Shown piece after piece: positions 1 through 12,764 of a DNA stretch of 64,000 bases; within the stretch, counting starts at the first letter, position 1; each line of letters opens with the position of its first letter. Where the stretch lies: assembly GCF_036588685.1 (NCBI RefSeq), contig NC_086383.1:50158001-50222000 (forward strand). Reading direction: 5' to 3'. The notes under the pieces are model-generated. The model saw only the letters and a program-made list of their open reading frames with translations. It did not search any database and was not told where the DNA came from. Origin of the DNA: Mytilus trossulus. Its lineage: Eukaryota. A program made the translations under genes and the position numbers.

Positions 1-732
1 AGGATTAATTACCTACAACGGTCAAATTCAAGGGAATATTTTTTAAGACCTACTTTCGTATGCAACCGGATGTGAAGTCCCATGATTTGGTGGTATTACA
101 CCTAAAATCATATGAATGAAAGAGGGACGAAAGATACCAAAGAGACAGTCAAACTCATAAATCTAAAACAAACTGACAACGCCATGGCTAAAAATGAAAA
201 AGACAAACAGAAAAACAATAGTACATATGACACAACATAGAAAACTAAAGAATAAACAACACGAACCCCACCAAAAACTAGGGGTGATCTCAGGTGCTCC
301 GGAAGAGTAAGCAGATCCTGCTCCAAAATGAGGCACCCGTCGTGTTGCTTATGTGATTACAAATCCGGTAAATAGTGTAATTCGGTAGGTCACATTCATG
401 AACTTTGTAAGTAGTTGTTTATCAACACCTCTCATCTCGATATGAATAACTAATACTCAGGCACGAAGAACCTTTCACCTTTAAACCAGATTTAGTTCTC
501 CGTTTTTTTGCATAAAGAAATACGATTACCCAGTTAGGAATGCAGCAGTTGTTTTATATTCGTTTGATGTGTTTGAGCTTTTGGTTTTGCTGTTTTAATT
601 TAGTTATTTATTTTTTAACATTGAAAAGACGTTTTTACTGCTTGCGTAAAAACGTGTGATTATAAATGTTATCAAAATTCTATACAGCCTTTTTTAATTC
701 TATAAGATATCTTTTGTAAATATGTAGGACTC

Positions 733-890
733 AAATCTATGGTGGTTCCAAATCTATGGCACATTCCTAATCTATGGTAAATATGACGTCGTGCCATCCC
801 TAATCTATGGCAAGTTTTGATATCTCCTAATCTATGGCAAGTTTTGTTATTTCCTAATCTATGGCGGATTTTTGTTGTTTCCAAATCTAT
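733..890. repeat. Degenerate ~30-bp minisatellite (core cctaatctatgg)
   Basis: About six recurrences of (cc)taatctatgg or caaatctatg. Confidence 0.75.
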
Positions 891-984
891 GAAAAATGTT
901 GTGCAAATGGAAAGCACTGCAGTACATTTACGACAAATTACTTTTCTTAAACAAGTGGAACTATACGACAACGGGATCATATAA

Positions 985-1352
985 AAAAGAAGATGTGGTA
1001 TGAGTGCCAATGAGATAACTATCCACAAAAGACCAAAATGACACAAACATTAACAATTAAAGGTCACCGTACAGCCTTCAACAATGATCAAACCCCATAC
1101 CACATATAGTCAGCTATAAAAGGCCCCGATAAGACAATGTAAAGCAATTCAAACGAGAAAACTAACGGCCTTATTTATGTTAAAAAATTAACGAAAAACA
1201 AATATGTAACACATAAACAAACGACAACCACTGAATTACAGGCTCCTGACTTGGAACAGGCACATACATAAATAATGTGGCGGTGTTAAACATGTAAGCG
1301 GGATCCCAACCCTCCCCCTAACCTGGGACAGTGGTATAACAGTTCAACATAA
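985..1352 (+). repeat. Abundant interspersed repeat (aagatgtggtatgagtgccaatgagacaact... family); other copies ~4495-4850, 12076-12265, 15590-16015(-), 38110-38455(-), 49195-49480, 51000-51260(-), 63408-63690
   Basis: Multiple homologous copies in both orientations within the window. Confidence 0.8.
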
Positions 1353-1885
1353 GAATGTCTCAAACATTTGTGAACAAATATTGATTTCCAAAATGGTCAA
1401 CTAAACAATTTCGTAGACGATGAATTCAAACATGAAAGATTGAAATAATGCGCCACGTAAAAACTTAAAAACAAAATCTGTGTATGGTACCTGGGGCGGA
1501 TCAAGCCATTTTAAAAAGGGGGTCCCAACCCATGACAAAAAGGGAGGGGGGTTTCCAACCACATGTCCCCATTTAAATGCATTGATCGTCCAAAAAAGGG
1601 GGGTTCCAACCCCCGCCCCCCTCCCGGCCACTGTGTTTAGCCCATTCATTAAACCAACCAGTAAGTTCTTTAAGAATATAAGAAGACAGGTTTTTATAAA
1701 TATCAGAAAGAAAAAGAAAATTTAATACTATGTTTAAACTGACATCCTAAGACAAAAACATAAAGAATGCAAATATTTATTCATTTATAAGCTTATTTAA
1801 GAATTTAAAAACATTATATTTTCAGGTTGTTGTCCATTCTGTCATATTAAGTGTGGATTTTCCGGTTTTGGATTATGGATTGCTT

Positions 1886-2476
1886 CTAGTCTCTACTTCT
1901 TCGTGACGAAACTTTTGATCTTTTTATTTTCAATATGGAACGAAGTCGTTGAAGTTTAAGTTTTTTTTTAGACACGATTCCTACTTCATTTTCATTTTCT
2001 TCCAGAAGACTTCCGAATTGGTCACATTCATCGTTGCAATCGCAAGTATTATCCTCGCATGCGTCTTGACAATATGGCATACATACTTCTTTAGCGCATT
2101 CCGATGGTGTAAATCCTTCCATATCATGGCATCCTGCCCGATATAAAGCTTCACCGGCTTCTAATGCTACATCCAGAAGACTTTCGTATCCTTTGCAGGT
2201 ATCTTTGTCTATGTTATCACGTTCGCATAGATAACTATATTCTCCTTTGACGCAACACTGTATGTCTCTTAAAGGTTGGTCTAAGCACCAGGCCAATATG
2301 TTTTCGATCTCTTTAGCACCATCTTCGCCGACAACTTGCTTAGTCATTCCCACGGCCATTTTTCTCAAGAGCGCCTTTTCTTCGTCACCTAGATATTCAG
2401 CAGTACGTTTAAAACTGTACCCATTCACACTCAAGATACAGGCAACCATTGCCAGTGATAAAACTATAAACTTCAT
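1886..2476 (-). CDS. Gene A1: secreted cysteine-rich protein, 196 aa (signal peptide, YSFKR dibasic site, acidic 13-Cys core, basic tail); family unknown
   Basis: Intact ORF with hydrophobic N-terminus MKFIVLSLAMVACILSVNG. Splice acceptor tttatttcAG (2482-2481) lies 4 nt before the ATG, and AATAAA is at 1781-1776. A clear paralogue is at 13413-14417. Confidence 0.92.
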   Translation of the reverse strand: MKFIVLSLAMVACILSVNGYSFKRTAEYLGDEEKALLRKMAVGMTKQVVGEDGAKEIENILAWCLDQPLRDIQCCVKGEYSYLCERDNIDKDTCKGYESLLDVALEAGEALYRAGCHDMEGFTPSECAKEVCMPYCQDACEDNTCDCNDECDQFGSLLEENENEVGIVSKKKLKLQRLRSILKIKRSKVSSRRSRD

Positions 2477-2754
2477 CTTTCTGAAATAAAAAGATATTCA
2501 CATTATGTCTAACATATTTCTTATATCGACCATGTCTACGACCAATCGACGAAGATTCTTAAAACTAAAATGAGTATTACAAAAAATAACGTTATCCAAA
2601 GTAAATTCAATTAGGAGAAATTAAAAAAAAACAAAAAACCTCGAGACCAAACGTGACTACGGAGCTAGCGAAAATCATCTGTCATTTTTAGTCATTTTCC
2701 GAAGAAAAATGTTGGTTACACCTGGTTTTATAGCTAGCTAATCATCACATAATA

Positions 2755-2916
2755 TATAGAGTCTAATATGTTGTCATACAGTCCACTGGACTAGATAGAG
2801 ACCTTCATTTTGTCATACAGTCCACTGGACTAGATAGAGTCCTACATTTTGTCATACAGTCCACTGGACTAGATAGAGTCCTACATGTTGTCATACAGTC
2901 CACTGGACTAGATAGA
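2755..2916. repeat. 39-bp minisatellite x ~4 in the A1 intron
   Basis: tgtcatacagtccactggactagatagagtcctacat units at 2772, 2811, 2850 and 2889. Confidence 0.9.
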
Positions 2917-3367
2917 TTTCAACCAGTTTGAAAGTCGTCAAATCAATGGCATTCTAATAAGTGTAAAATATTTTATAAGCCTTCATTGACGACATATCAG
3001 ATCGAGACCGATTAAATGCTTTAATTTTAATAACCATTTCATATTCCAGACCAATTGGTATTTTTTCCCTTCGAAGATAAAACGCACGTCTGGAGTATCA
3101 AAATAAAAGCCTGGCATAGAAAAAGATAAAATCACAAAAATACGCAACTACATGTACGAGGAAAATTCGAAACGAAAAGTCATTTATCAAATACGAAAAT
3201 CAAAAGCTCAAATACCACAAACGAATGGCAAACAACTCTCATATTCCTGACTTAATTGGTGTTTACACATATAACACTATGACACCTACCTACTCAAGTC
3301 TTCACATGAAATTCAGACATTTTAAACATGTACTCTTGAAATCAATAAGAAATAGAATTCAACTCAC

Positions 3368-3475
3368 CTTTATTTGCTTCTCCTCTGTGGTTAAGGATAC
3401 AGTAAATCTGGAAACAATGTTCTGCAAGACTGTGGTTCTACTGAATACCTAATGTATACACCCTGCGTATTTATA
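3368..3475 (-). promoter_or_regulatory. A1 core promoter and non-coding exon 1 (TATAAATA 3475-3468, Inr TCAGT 3444-3440, exon ~3442-3368, donor GTGAGT from 3367; intron 2481-3367)
   Basis: TATA lies ~33 nt upstream of an Inr, followed by a consensus AAG|GTGAGT donor. The block is conserved in inverted orientation at 11942-12056. Confidence 0.8.
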
Positions 3476-4851
3476 CAAGAATTTCTTAAGCTTGAACCCA
3501 TGAAAAAACAGTTCTGATAACAATGACAACAGCAGTTTCGATATCTGACTACGTAATCTCATATTTATATAAAAACATTTTATAACGCACTATTTTTTTG
3601 ACTCTCTGTTGATGAAGCGTATAACCTAGTTCAAACCCCACAGTTAACATTTTTTTTCAAATTTATTTTGACCTTGATTATTTGAAAAGGACGAAAATTT
3701 AGAAAACCTAAATATGACCATTTATCGCTAATTATTTTGTTGTATCTTGGCTGAAGATGATGTTTTAACAATAGAAATAACGATATAAAGCGTAAGAATA
3801 GCTTTCGATAGTTGTATTTATAGCTTTTGAGCCAATTTATCCATAAACGGTTTTATAATTTACCCAAATTTTGCTCAGCAAACATATTAAAATCATTTTA
3901 ACAACATTGATTAATGTCTGTAACTTAGAGGTAGTATTAGAATGAGGTACTAGTATAAATTTTTGTTGTTTAATCTAAGGTCGTAAATTTAGTTAATTTT
4001 TTTTCTATGTTTTAGAAAATAAACAACTTAGATTTTATTATTGCACAGAAAAGCAGATGAGCTACAGTTTTAATTGAGAAAGAGAGTGTGTTCGAAAAGA
4101 ATATTGTTCTACTGCGCCTATCAAATCAAATGTACCAGGATTATAATCAAATACGTCAGACGCGCGTTTCCTCAACATTAACTTAACTGTATTTGGCAAA
4201 AAAATAGAATTTTGGTCCTCAATGCTCTTCAACTTTGTTTTGCCTTTTCAACTGTTTTTGGATTCGAGCGTCACTGATGCATGTGATGAGTCTTATGTAG
4301 AAAAAACGCACGTCTGGCGTAAATACAAAATTGAATCCTGGTATCTATGATGAGTATATTTCCTGGGATAAGAAAATCCTTAGTTTTTCGAAAAATACTT
4401 CGAACACTTTTCCTACAAGAAATATAATTTGTCAGTTGCAAAGAAAAAAAAACTCTCTGGAATATGAGTGTTTTATGAAAAAAATACAAAGACCTAAGAA
4501 GGTGTGGTTTGAGTGCCAATGAGACAACTCTACATCCTAGTCCAAATTTGTAAAACTAAACCATTAAAGGTCAAAGTACGGTCTCAAACACGGAGCCTTG
4601 GCTCACTCAGAACAGCAAGCTATAAAGTGCCCCAAAAATTACTAGTGGTAAACCATACAAACGGGAAAACCAACGGTCTAATATATATAAAATAAACGAG
4701 AAACACTTATGAACCACATCAACAGACAACAACTACTGTACATCATATTCCTTACTTAGGACAGGTGCAAACAATTGCTGCGGGTTTAAACGTTTTAATG
4801 GAACAAAATATTCACCGTAATCGGAAACAATAGGATAACATCACAATATAG

Positions 4852-5819
4852 ATAGTTATCAAAATTACCAGGATTATAATTTTATACGCCAGACGCGCGT
4901 TTCGTCTACATAAGACTCATCAGTGACGCTCAGATCAAAATAGTTAAAAAGCCAAATAAATACAAAGTTGAAGAGCATTGAGGATCCAAAATTCCAAAAA
5001 GTTGTGCCAAATACGGCTAAGGTAATCTACTCCTGGGGTAAGAAAATCCTTAGTTTTCGAAAAATTCAAAGTTTAGTAAACAGAAAATTTACAAAAAATG
5101 ACCATATAATTGATATTCATGTCAACACCGAAGTGCTGACTACTGGGCTGGTGATACCCTCGGGGACGAAACGTCCACCAGCAGTGGCATCGACCCAGTG
5201 GTGTAAATAGTTATCAAAATTACCAGGATTATAATTTTATACGCCAGACGCGCGTTTCGTCTACATAAGACTCATCAGTGACGCTCAGATCAAAATAGTT
5301 AAAAAGCCAAATAAATACAAAGTTGAAGAGCATTGAGGATCCAAAATTCCAAAAAGTTGTGCCAAATACGGCTAAGGTAATCTACTCCTGGGGTAAGAAA
5401 ATCCTTAGTTTTCGAAAAATTCAAAGTTTAGTAAACAGAAAATTTACAAAAAGTGACCATATAATTGATATTCATGTCAACACCGATTTGCTGACTACTG
5501 GGCTGGTGATACCCTCGGGGACGAAACGTCCACCAGCAGTGGCATCGACCCAGTGGTGTAAATAGTTATCAAAATTACCAGGATTATAATTTTATACGCC
5601 AGACGCGCGTTTCGTCTACATAAGACTCATCAGTGACGCTCAGATCAAAATAGTTAAAAAGCCAAATAAATACAAAGTTGAAGAGCATTGAGGATCCAAA
5701 ATTCCAAAAAGTTGTGCCAAATACGGCTAAGGTAATCTACTCCTGGGGTAAGAAAATCCTTAGTTTAGTAAACAGAAAATTTACAAAAAATGACCATATA
5801 ATTGATATTGATGTCAACA
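4852..5819 (-). mobile_element. Tandem 355-bp repeat (~2.7 units) with a type I hammerhead ribozyme per unit: non-LTR retrozyme-like element
   Basis: Near-identical units start at 4852, 5207 and 5562. Each carries on the minus strand gcgtca-CTGATGA-gtct(tatgt)agac-GAAA-cgcgcg-TC-tggcgt. aatataga is repeated at both flanks (possible TSD). Confidence 0.88.
4886..4929 (-). ncRNA. Type I hammerhead ribozyme (identical copies at 5241-5284 and 5596-5639)
   Basis: Complete catalytic core CUGAUGA/GAAA/GUC. Stem I gcguca:uggcgu, stem II gucu:agac, short palindromic stem III cgcgcg. Confidence 0.88.
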
Positions 5820-7069
5820 CATAATATAGAAAGATACGCTATAAAATATCAATATAAAAAGACTTTTTAACAGAAGTGAACATACACTTGCGATTTTGAG
5901 CTATGATACCATGTAAATACAAACTCAAAAAATCTAAATGTTCATTTAAAGGACTCTTATCAGTATCATAACTATTTGAAAAATATATTCGTAGCTATTT
6001 ATTTAAATGCTCTACAATGATGTGTGAGTTTTGTTAATAATATTAATCAAACATAAATTAGTGAAACCCATTTCCTTAAATCACAAAATGTTAGAAAAAA
6101 GTGACCGTTTGTCATTCTCCGGAAAATAAATTCATAAACTATTTAACGACCTTGTAACGAATTAAAAGTTCATTGCATAGTATCGCAAAATGACACATAA
6201 ATGAAGACCTCAATGTTTGTTTGCTCTATATTATTCACTTAGATTCGTCATGTCACGTGTGTGTTTTTATTATGTGATTTCTATCATCGGACAGCTTTTA
6301 AAAATTTAATAAACACGATAAAGTAACTTGAAAAAAAATTAAGTGAAGATGATAGTTATATTTGCTCATGGGTGTTTTATCACATGTAGAGATGTAAATT
6401 GACCTTTGTATAAATTTATATGATTCTGATATGGGTCATTTAAAAAAATTATATGAAATTTCAAAATAGTCAAATAGAATGCGAGTACCAAGTCTAAACC
6501 GCCAATTTGCATATGAATCCAAAACAGACAGTACTTTGAAACAACATATCACACATTCAATTTCAAAATATTAAGATTGAATGCAAGTAGCTAGTTAAAC
6601 CGCCATTTGTATATGCAATCCAAAACAGGCAGTACTTTGAAACAACATATCACACATGTAATCTTACGAATATTATACAGAAATATTAAAAAAAAAAAAA
6701 AGGAATTTATATAGGCTGCAATAATTTGCTTTCCTTTTACTGTTTCTAAAAGGGGTTTTAAGCTATAGAGAAAATGTCTCGTTAAAATGTTAAGCTTGTT
6801 TTGCATGGCCAATTATATGGTTTTCACGATGAAATTCCTTGATGTTTTTAATGTAATATTATTTATACAATGTTATATATTTCTTGTAAATATGATAAAG
6901 TTCCCAGAAATACTTTGCAAAACAAATTGTACATGTTATAGAAATCAACACCAGCAATGTCAGTCTAAAAAAATTAAAACAATACATTTTACAAATGGCA
7001 TGATAGCAATTCAAAATGTTCATTTTCTTTCTTTCTAATTAACCAAACATTGACTAGTTCTTTCGTTTA

Positions 7070-7440
7070 TTTACAACCACTGGGTCAATGCCACTGCTGG
7101 TGGAGATTTATTTCCCGAGGGCATTATAAGCTCAGTAGTCAGCACTTCTATGTTGACTTGAGTTATCATTGATATGTTCATAATAGTAAATTAACTGTTA
7201 ACAAAACTTTTAATTTTGAAATACTAACAAGGCTTTTCTACCTCCGGAATAGATAACCTTATCTGTATTTGGCAAAACTTTTAGGAATTTTTGGTCTTCA
7301 ATGCTCTTCACCTTCGTACTTTATTTGGCCTTTTAAAATTTTTTTGATTCTAGCGTCACTAATGAGTCTTTTGTAGACGAAACGCGCGTCGTCTTGCGTT
7401 AACATAAAATCTTAATCCTGGTGTCTATGATGAGTTTATT
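7070..7440 (+). mobile_element. Diverged retrozyme-family monomer, inverted relative to 4852-5819
   Basis: Reverse-complement homology over the whole unit, with the core mutated (CTAATGA). Confidence 0.75.
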
Positions 7441-8211
7441 TTTTGGATGTTGTTTTACTTTTACCATTTTGCTTTGGTAAAAGGAACGTAGGATAACTAT
7501 TCATCGCCGTATTATGTAATACCTTATTACCCGATCTTGTTTTATCGATCTTGTAAGTGAAATATACCAGTGGGACAGGAGTATTGCATTTTGCATGTGC
7601 TAAATTCTTCTTGTCGACTTGTTTCTGTATTCATATTAGGCGGTCTTCGTGGATGAGCTTCTCAGAAAGATTGAAATTGACTGTTTCCTTAACTATGCAT
7701 AATGCTAAATAGATTAGTCCTTTCTTTAAGTATGTCCTAACTCGAAAGTTTTTTTTACTTTGTTGACAAAACCATTCAAAAAGAACTTTAAACACAAAAT
7801 ACCACAGGTTCCATCAAGGTCAGTGACGGATCCAGGAAGAGGGTTACGGGGATTTGACCCCCATTTTTTAGACGATCAATGCATTGGAATAGAAACATAT
7901 GCTTGAAACCCATCTCTATATCCTGGGTTTGGAACCCCGCCTTTTGAAAGTGGCTGAATCTGCCCTGGCAACGCTAACTTTTATCTTGACTGTTAACTAG
8001 ATATTGACAGCCTGGATTAAAAGACTATTTGACTTATAAATTTTGAATGTTTTCAATATTCCACCTATTTTGCTTATGAAGTAAACTTTCGGATATTAGC
8101 TCCCATACGCAGGACAGTTTATCTTTATACGATAGTCCCTAGATAGTTCTCAATAGTTTAGCTTAAAATTTACTACTTTAGGTTCAAGTCTGTTTTATTT
8201 GTATTAACATA

Positions 8212-8419
8212 CTGTGGATTCATTTATTTTCGTGGGTACCAATTTTCGTGGATTATTGAAAACATGCAATTTCGTGGATATTTAATTTCGTGGTTTTGCC
8301 GAAGACTACCTTCAAGCCTGTAAAAAATTCGTTATTCGTTTAACATTTAATTTCGTGGTTCACCAGTACCCATGAAAGCCATGAAAATTGGTATCCCACG
8401 AATAATAATGAATCCACAG
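8212..8419. mobile_element. Tc1/mariner-type MITE
   Basis: TIR ctgtggattcatt / aatgaatccacag flanked by TA on both sides, with internal ttcgtgg repeats. Confidence 0.8.
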
Positions 8420-10024
8420 TATCAGTATGAAAGCTGAAAAGTTGTCATAATCTTTCTGCCATGAAAAATTACGTAGAATTACAAACGTATTTAAAGATTC
8501 AGTATAAATCAATCCAATAAAAAAACAAAGAAACTTTTGTTTTTTTCTGGAATATAAGCGATTCCAACTTAACACATGTAACAAGTGTCATTAATTTTGT
8601 TTTACCCGGATATGGTGTAAGATTATGGTCCATGATATTAACCTCTCCAGTCACATGAACATGAAGACCATGTGTGTGGGGTATACTTATTTCGTGTGTA
8701 AACAAATGTAATAACTTTATAGCGGGAAAGTTGAATGTAATAGAAAATTCGAAGTCAGATACTGAAATAAAACACAATAGTAGCGGCATACTTCAATGAC
8801 ACAGCGGTACAAGACATAATCACACACACTTGCACAAACACTTACAAAAACGCTTGCACATACATACTTGCACACACACTTGCACAAACACCTGCACACA
8901 CACACAGCACCTGGCAATATATTGTCTTAATGTACAGTCTTATAGGTACCAGTCTGCGTATAAAACCGAGTTTGTTTGTAATTCGATTATTTGTTTGTGC
9001 TAGTTAAGTTATTTTATTTGTCGTAAAGGTAAAGGTGAAAATGCTTTCATATTTTTTTGTCTCTCAAAGGTCAGAATACTACTGAATTTTAAATATTGCA
9101 AGTTCATTAGTTTAAATGTCTAAAGAGTGTAAACTAAGTGGGGCTTTTAGATCTAATTATTCAGGATATTTTGATCATATCTTAACGGTCGTTGCACATC
9201 AGTTATTTCCGACAATTAATTCATATTGAATTACTTACGTGTGTGACCTGTAGTAATAGTACGAATAGCACCCCTAACTTGTTTTTAAAACTTGTCAAGA
9301 TTGCCCTCGTTATACTTTTAAAAATTCAAATATGACAAATTTTATCAAGCCTAGTGGTGCATCCAGGGGGAGTTCAGGTTTGGAACTCCTCATTTTTGGG
9401 CGATCAATGCATTTGAATGGGAACATATGATTAAACACCCCTCTTTTCGGACGATCGATGCATTTGAATGGGGTCACATGGTCGGAACCTCCCTCTTTAT
9501 CTTCGGTTTGGTACCTGCAGGTAATTTAATAAGTTTTAATAATGCTATGTTCCCAAGATATGGTGCAAGATTATGGTCCATCATATTAACCTCTCCATTC
9601 ACATCAAAGTAAACGCCATGTGTGTGGAGTATACCAATTTCGTGTGTAAACCAATTTAACGACTATACACCTTGACAGTTGAATGTAATAGACAGATACT
9701 AAAATAACACAATGTTAGCGGCATACCTCAATGCCACAGCGGTACAAGACAAAACAAACACACTTACAAACACTTGTACACACATACACACAACACACAC
9801 ATCAACTAGCAATAGAGTGTCATTAATGTAGAGTCTTATCATTGATATGGTCATATTTATATATTAACTGTTTTCAAAACTTTTATTTTCTTTAAAAATG
9901 AAGTCTTTTCTGCCTCAGGAATAGATTATCCTAGCTGTATTTGGCTAAACTTTTATGAATTGGGGTTTTCAATGCTCTGCAGCTTCGTACTTTATTTGGC
10001 CTTTCTAACCTTTTTGTATTCGAT

Positions 10025-10066
10025 CGTCACTGATGAGTCTTTTGTAGACGAAACGGGCGTCTGGCG
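10025..10066 (+). ncRNA. Hammerhead motif in a dispersed monomer of the same repeat (9840-10105)
   Basis: tcgtcaCTGATGAgtcttttgtagacGAAAcgggcgTCtggcga. Confidence 0.7.
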
Positions 10067-10630
10067 AAATACAAAACTTAGTCCTGGTATCTGTGATGAG
10101 TTTATTTATAGGTACAAGTCTGCTTATAAAATCGAGTTTTGTTTTAACTTTTTTGTTTGTTTGTACCAGTTTTGATGTTCAGATATTTTATTTGTCCTGA
10201 AGGAGAGAGTAAAATGCTTTTCATTTCAAAGCCAAAAACAATTCTTGTTTTTTCTTCTTCCTCAGATGAGAAGACTCCTGAATGCTATGTATTGAAAGTT
10301 CATTTGTTAAAATGTTAAAGAGTGTAAAATAAGTGGGACTTTCGGATCTAATTATTCAGGTATGATCTGATCATATCTTAATGGTCGTTGCACTTCAGTT
10401 ATTTTCGACAACTAATTCATATTGAAATACTAACGTATGAACCTGTAGTACTAATATATAATTTTTGCAAGACAGTTCGCAAGTCTAACTTGTCTTTAAA
10501 ATTTGTCAATGTTGTCATCTTTATACTAAAAAGCAAAATATACAGATACATAGATAAAGATAAGTTGGAAGCTGATTATTGCTAAAAGGGTGTGTAATAG
10601 TTATCAAAGGTACAAATATTATAATTCAGT

Positions 10631-10674
10631 ACGCCAGACGCACGTTTCGTCTACATAAGACTCATCAGTGAAGC
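10631..10674 (-). ncRNA. Hammerhead motif in a truncated repeat copy (10597-10705)
   Basis: Reverse complement gcttcaCTGATGAgtcttatgtagacGAAAcgtgcgTCtggcgt. Confidence 0.7.
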
Positions 10675-11941
10675 TCATATCGAAACAAAAATTAAACCAA
10701 ACAAAAAATGATCAAGGATGAGTTTTTATTTGACTTATAGTTTTTACACTTTAATTTCTATTACAGTTTTTGTATTTTTGTACCTTATATTTTCAGTTAC
10801 AATCGGAAGCGATCTTTACGAACCTTATTTACTGACACCTGTCATAATTTTGGAAAACAGATGTGTCGTTTACAAAATCCTAACGTAGATCGTCGTCATA
10901 TGTTTCCCTAGATAGAATTTTCTAACACTTTGTCAAAATTAAGATTTTTATATGCCCTTTTTAAAAAAAGATATGATAAAAATGATGGATAACCATGCTA
11001 TTATTAAAGCTACAAGCTGTTGAAAATTGCCTAGATTTGCTTAGAATGATCATGGCAAACATACATCGAGGTATTCATTTTTGTATCATTTTGCGATATT
11101 GTTCATTGAACTTTTAATTCGTTTTAAAGGGCGAACGGAGGAAATAATTAGTCTATAATATTTTTACCTCGCAGGAAACTGACAAAATTTCATTTTTCAA
11201 ACATTCTTAGAGTGAGGAAAATGGGTGTAACATTTTTATATTTTAGTAATATCAATATCAAAACTCACACATCATTGTAAAACATTTAAATAAAATGACA
11301 TGAAGATACTTTTTAAAATCATTATAATACTGATATGAGTCCTTCAAAGGAACATGTCAGGAACCAGATGTTCATTTTTGTTAATGTGGATCAAAAGATT
11401 TTTTTATTTTTTTTATATAGATATGACCCTTTATAGCTTGCTGTTCTGTGTGACCCAATGTGCCGTGTTGAAGACCGTTATTTGACCTATAATAGTTTAC
11501 TTTTACAAATTATAAGTGAGATGGACATGTGTCTTCTAACATCTAAGTAACTTTTTCATATAAGAATCATATTCCCTGAAAAAAAAATTCTTATCAACTG
11601 TTATTTGTTCCTCTGTGCAGGAAAAGTATTTGATATTCAAAAATATAGATAAACAATTAATTGTTTACGAAATTTTACGACTCAAAATTAGAATTTTACT
11701 TCAACTTCTGAGTCACGGACATAAACAAGGTCAAATAAAATTTTCTAAAAAAGTTACCACACGTTTAACTTATCATTATTCACAAAACGGGTGGGGTTGG
11801 AACAAGGTTATACGCTTCAGTGAGTAAAACAAAAATATAATGCGTTAATATATAGAAATGCGATTTTGTATTCAAATATCGAAACTGTTGTAATTATCGT
11901 ACTAAGAACTTTGTTATTGTCTTAAGCGTAACAAATTCTTG

Positions 11942-12056
11942 TATTTATACGCAAGTTGTAGACAATTGCTATTCAGTAAAACCATAGTCTTGTAGAATAT
12001 TGTTTCCAGATTTACTGTATCCTTTACCACAGAGGAAAAGCAAATAAAGGTGAGTT
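11942..12056 (+). promoter_or_regulatory. A2 core promoter and non-coding exon 1 (TATTTATA 11942-11949, Inr TCAGT 11973-11977, exon ~11975-12049, donor GTGAGT at 12050; intron to AG 13407-13408)
   Basis: Highly similar to the reverse complement of the A1 promoter/exon 1, with the same donor context. Confidence 0.8.
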
Positions 12057-12764
12057 GAATTCTATGTATAAATATAGGAAGATGTGGTACGAATCCCAAT
12101 GAGGCAACTCTCCATCCAAGTCACATTTTATAAATGTATTAAACCATTATATGTCACAGTACGGTTTTCAACACGAAGCCTTTGGATCACCTATAAAGGG
12201 TCACAAAAGTTACTAATGTAAAACCATTCAACGGGGAAATTAACGGTCTAATCTATATAAAAAAACGACGGACCATAAGTGATAAAAGTGATAATGTCAA
12301 TGAAACTCTCAAAGCGGAAATCAAAGTAGATTATGAGTTTGTTGATATGTTGTCCTTAGTCCAATAGCACTGAGGAAATTTCTATCAAGGTAAAGGTGAT
12401 TTCCCAAGTTGTGAATCTTGCGTTGACGTTATTCCGCGGAACACACGTTGTACACAGCGGTTGTTGAAATTCAAAGCAAGGATTCCATGCTTATTTATCA
12501 ATACGCGTGTTTCATCTTAAAAAGGAAAACTTACGAATGTGAAACAGTCATTAAAACAAAATCATTTAGTCGCTCTCGATATGATATTTAGCTCATGAAG
12601 GCTTTGTGCGTTAGATATCAGAGTTGGAGAAATTACATGTTTATTAGACTGTCATTGTTTTGGTGAGATCGGGATTTTTCGAACATATTGAACGCTAGTC
12701 CACCGGACAGATCAACACCATGTAGGACTGATATTGTGTTAACTATCAAACTAGGTTTCTGACA

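Noticed and set aside
108-326. 72-aa hydrophobic ORF
   Set aside because: Non-ATG start, and it lies in what looks like interspersed-repeat sequence with no gene context.
1886-2476. Assignment of A/B proteins to saposin-like, odorant-binding or known mussel antimicrobial families
   Set aside because: Cysteine spacing does not convincingly fit any of these patterns, so no gene symbol is given.
2755-2916. 39-bp repeats with internal palindrome, superficially CRISPR-like
   Set aside because: No unique spacers, no cas genes, eukaryotic intron: a minisatellite.
4968-5565. Two near-identical 80-aa ORFs
   Set aside because: TTG starts inside the 355-bp retrozyme units. Identity reflects the repeat, not coding constraint.
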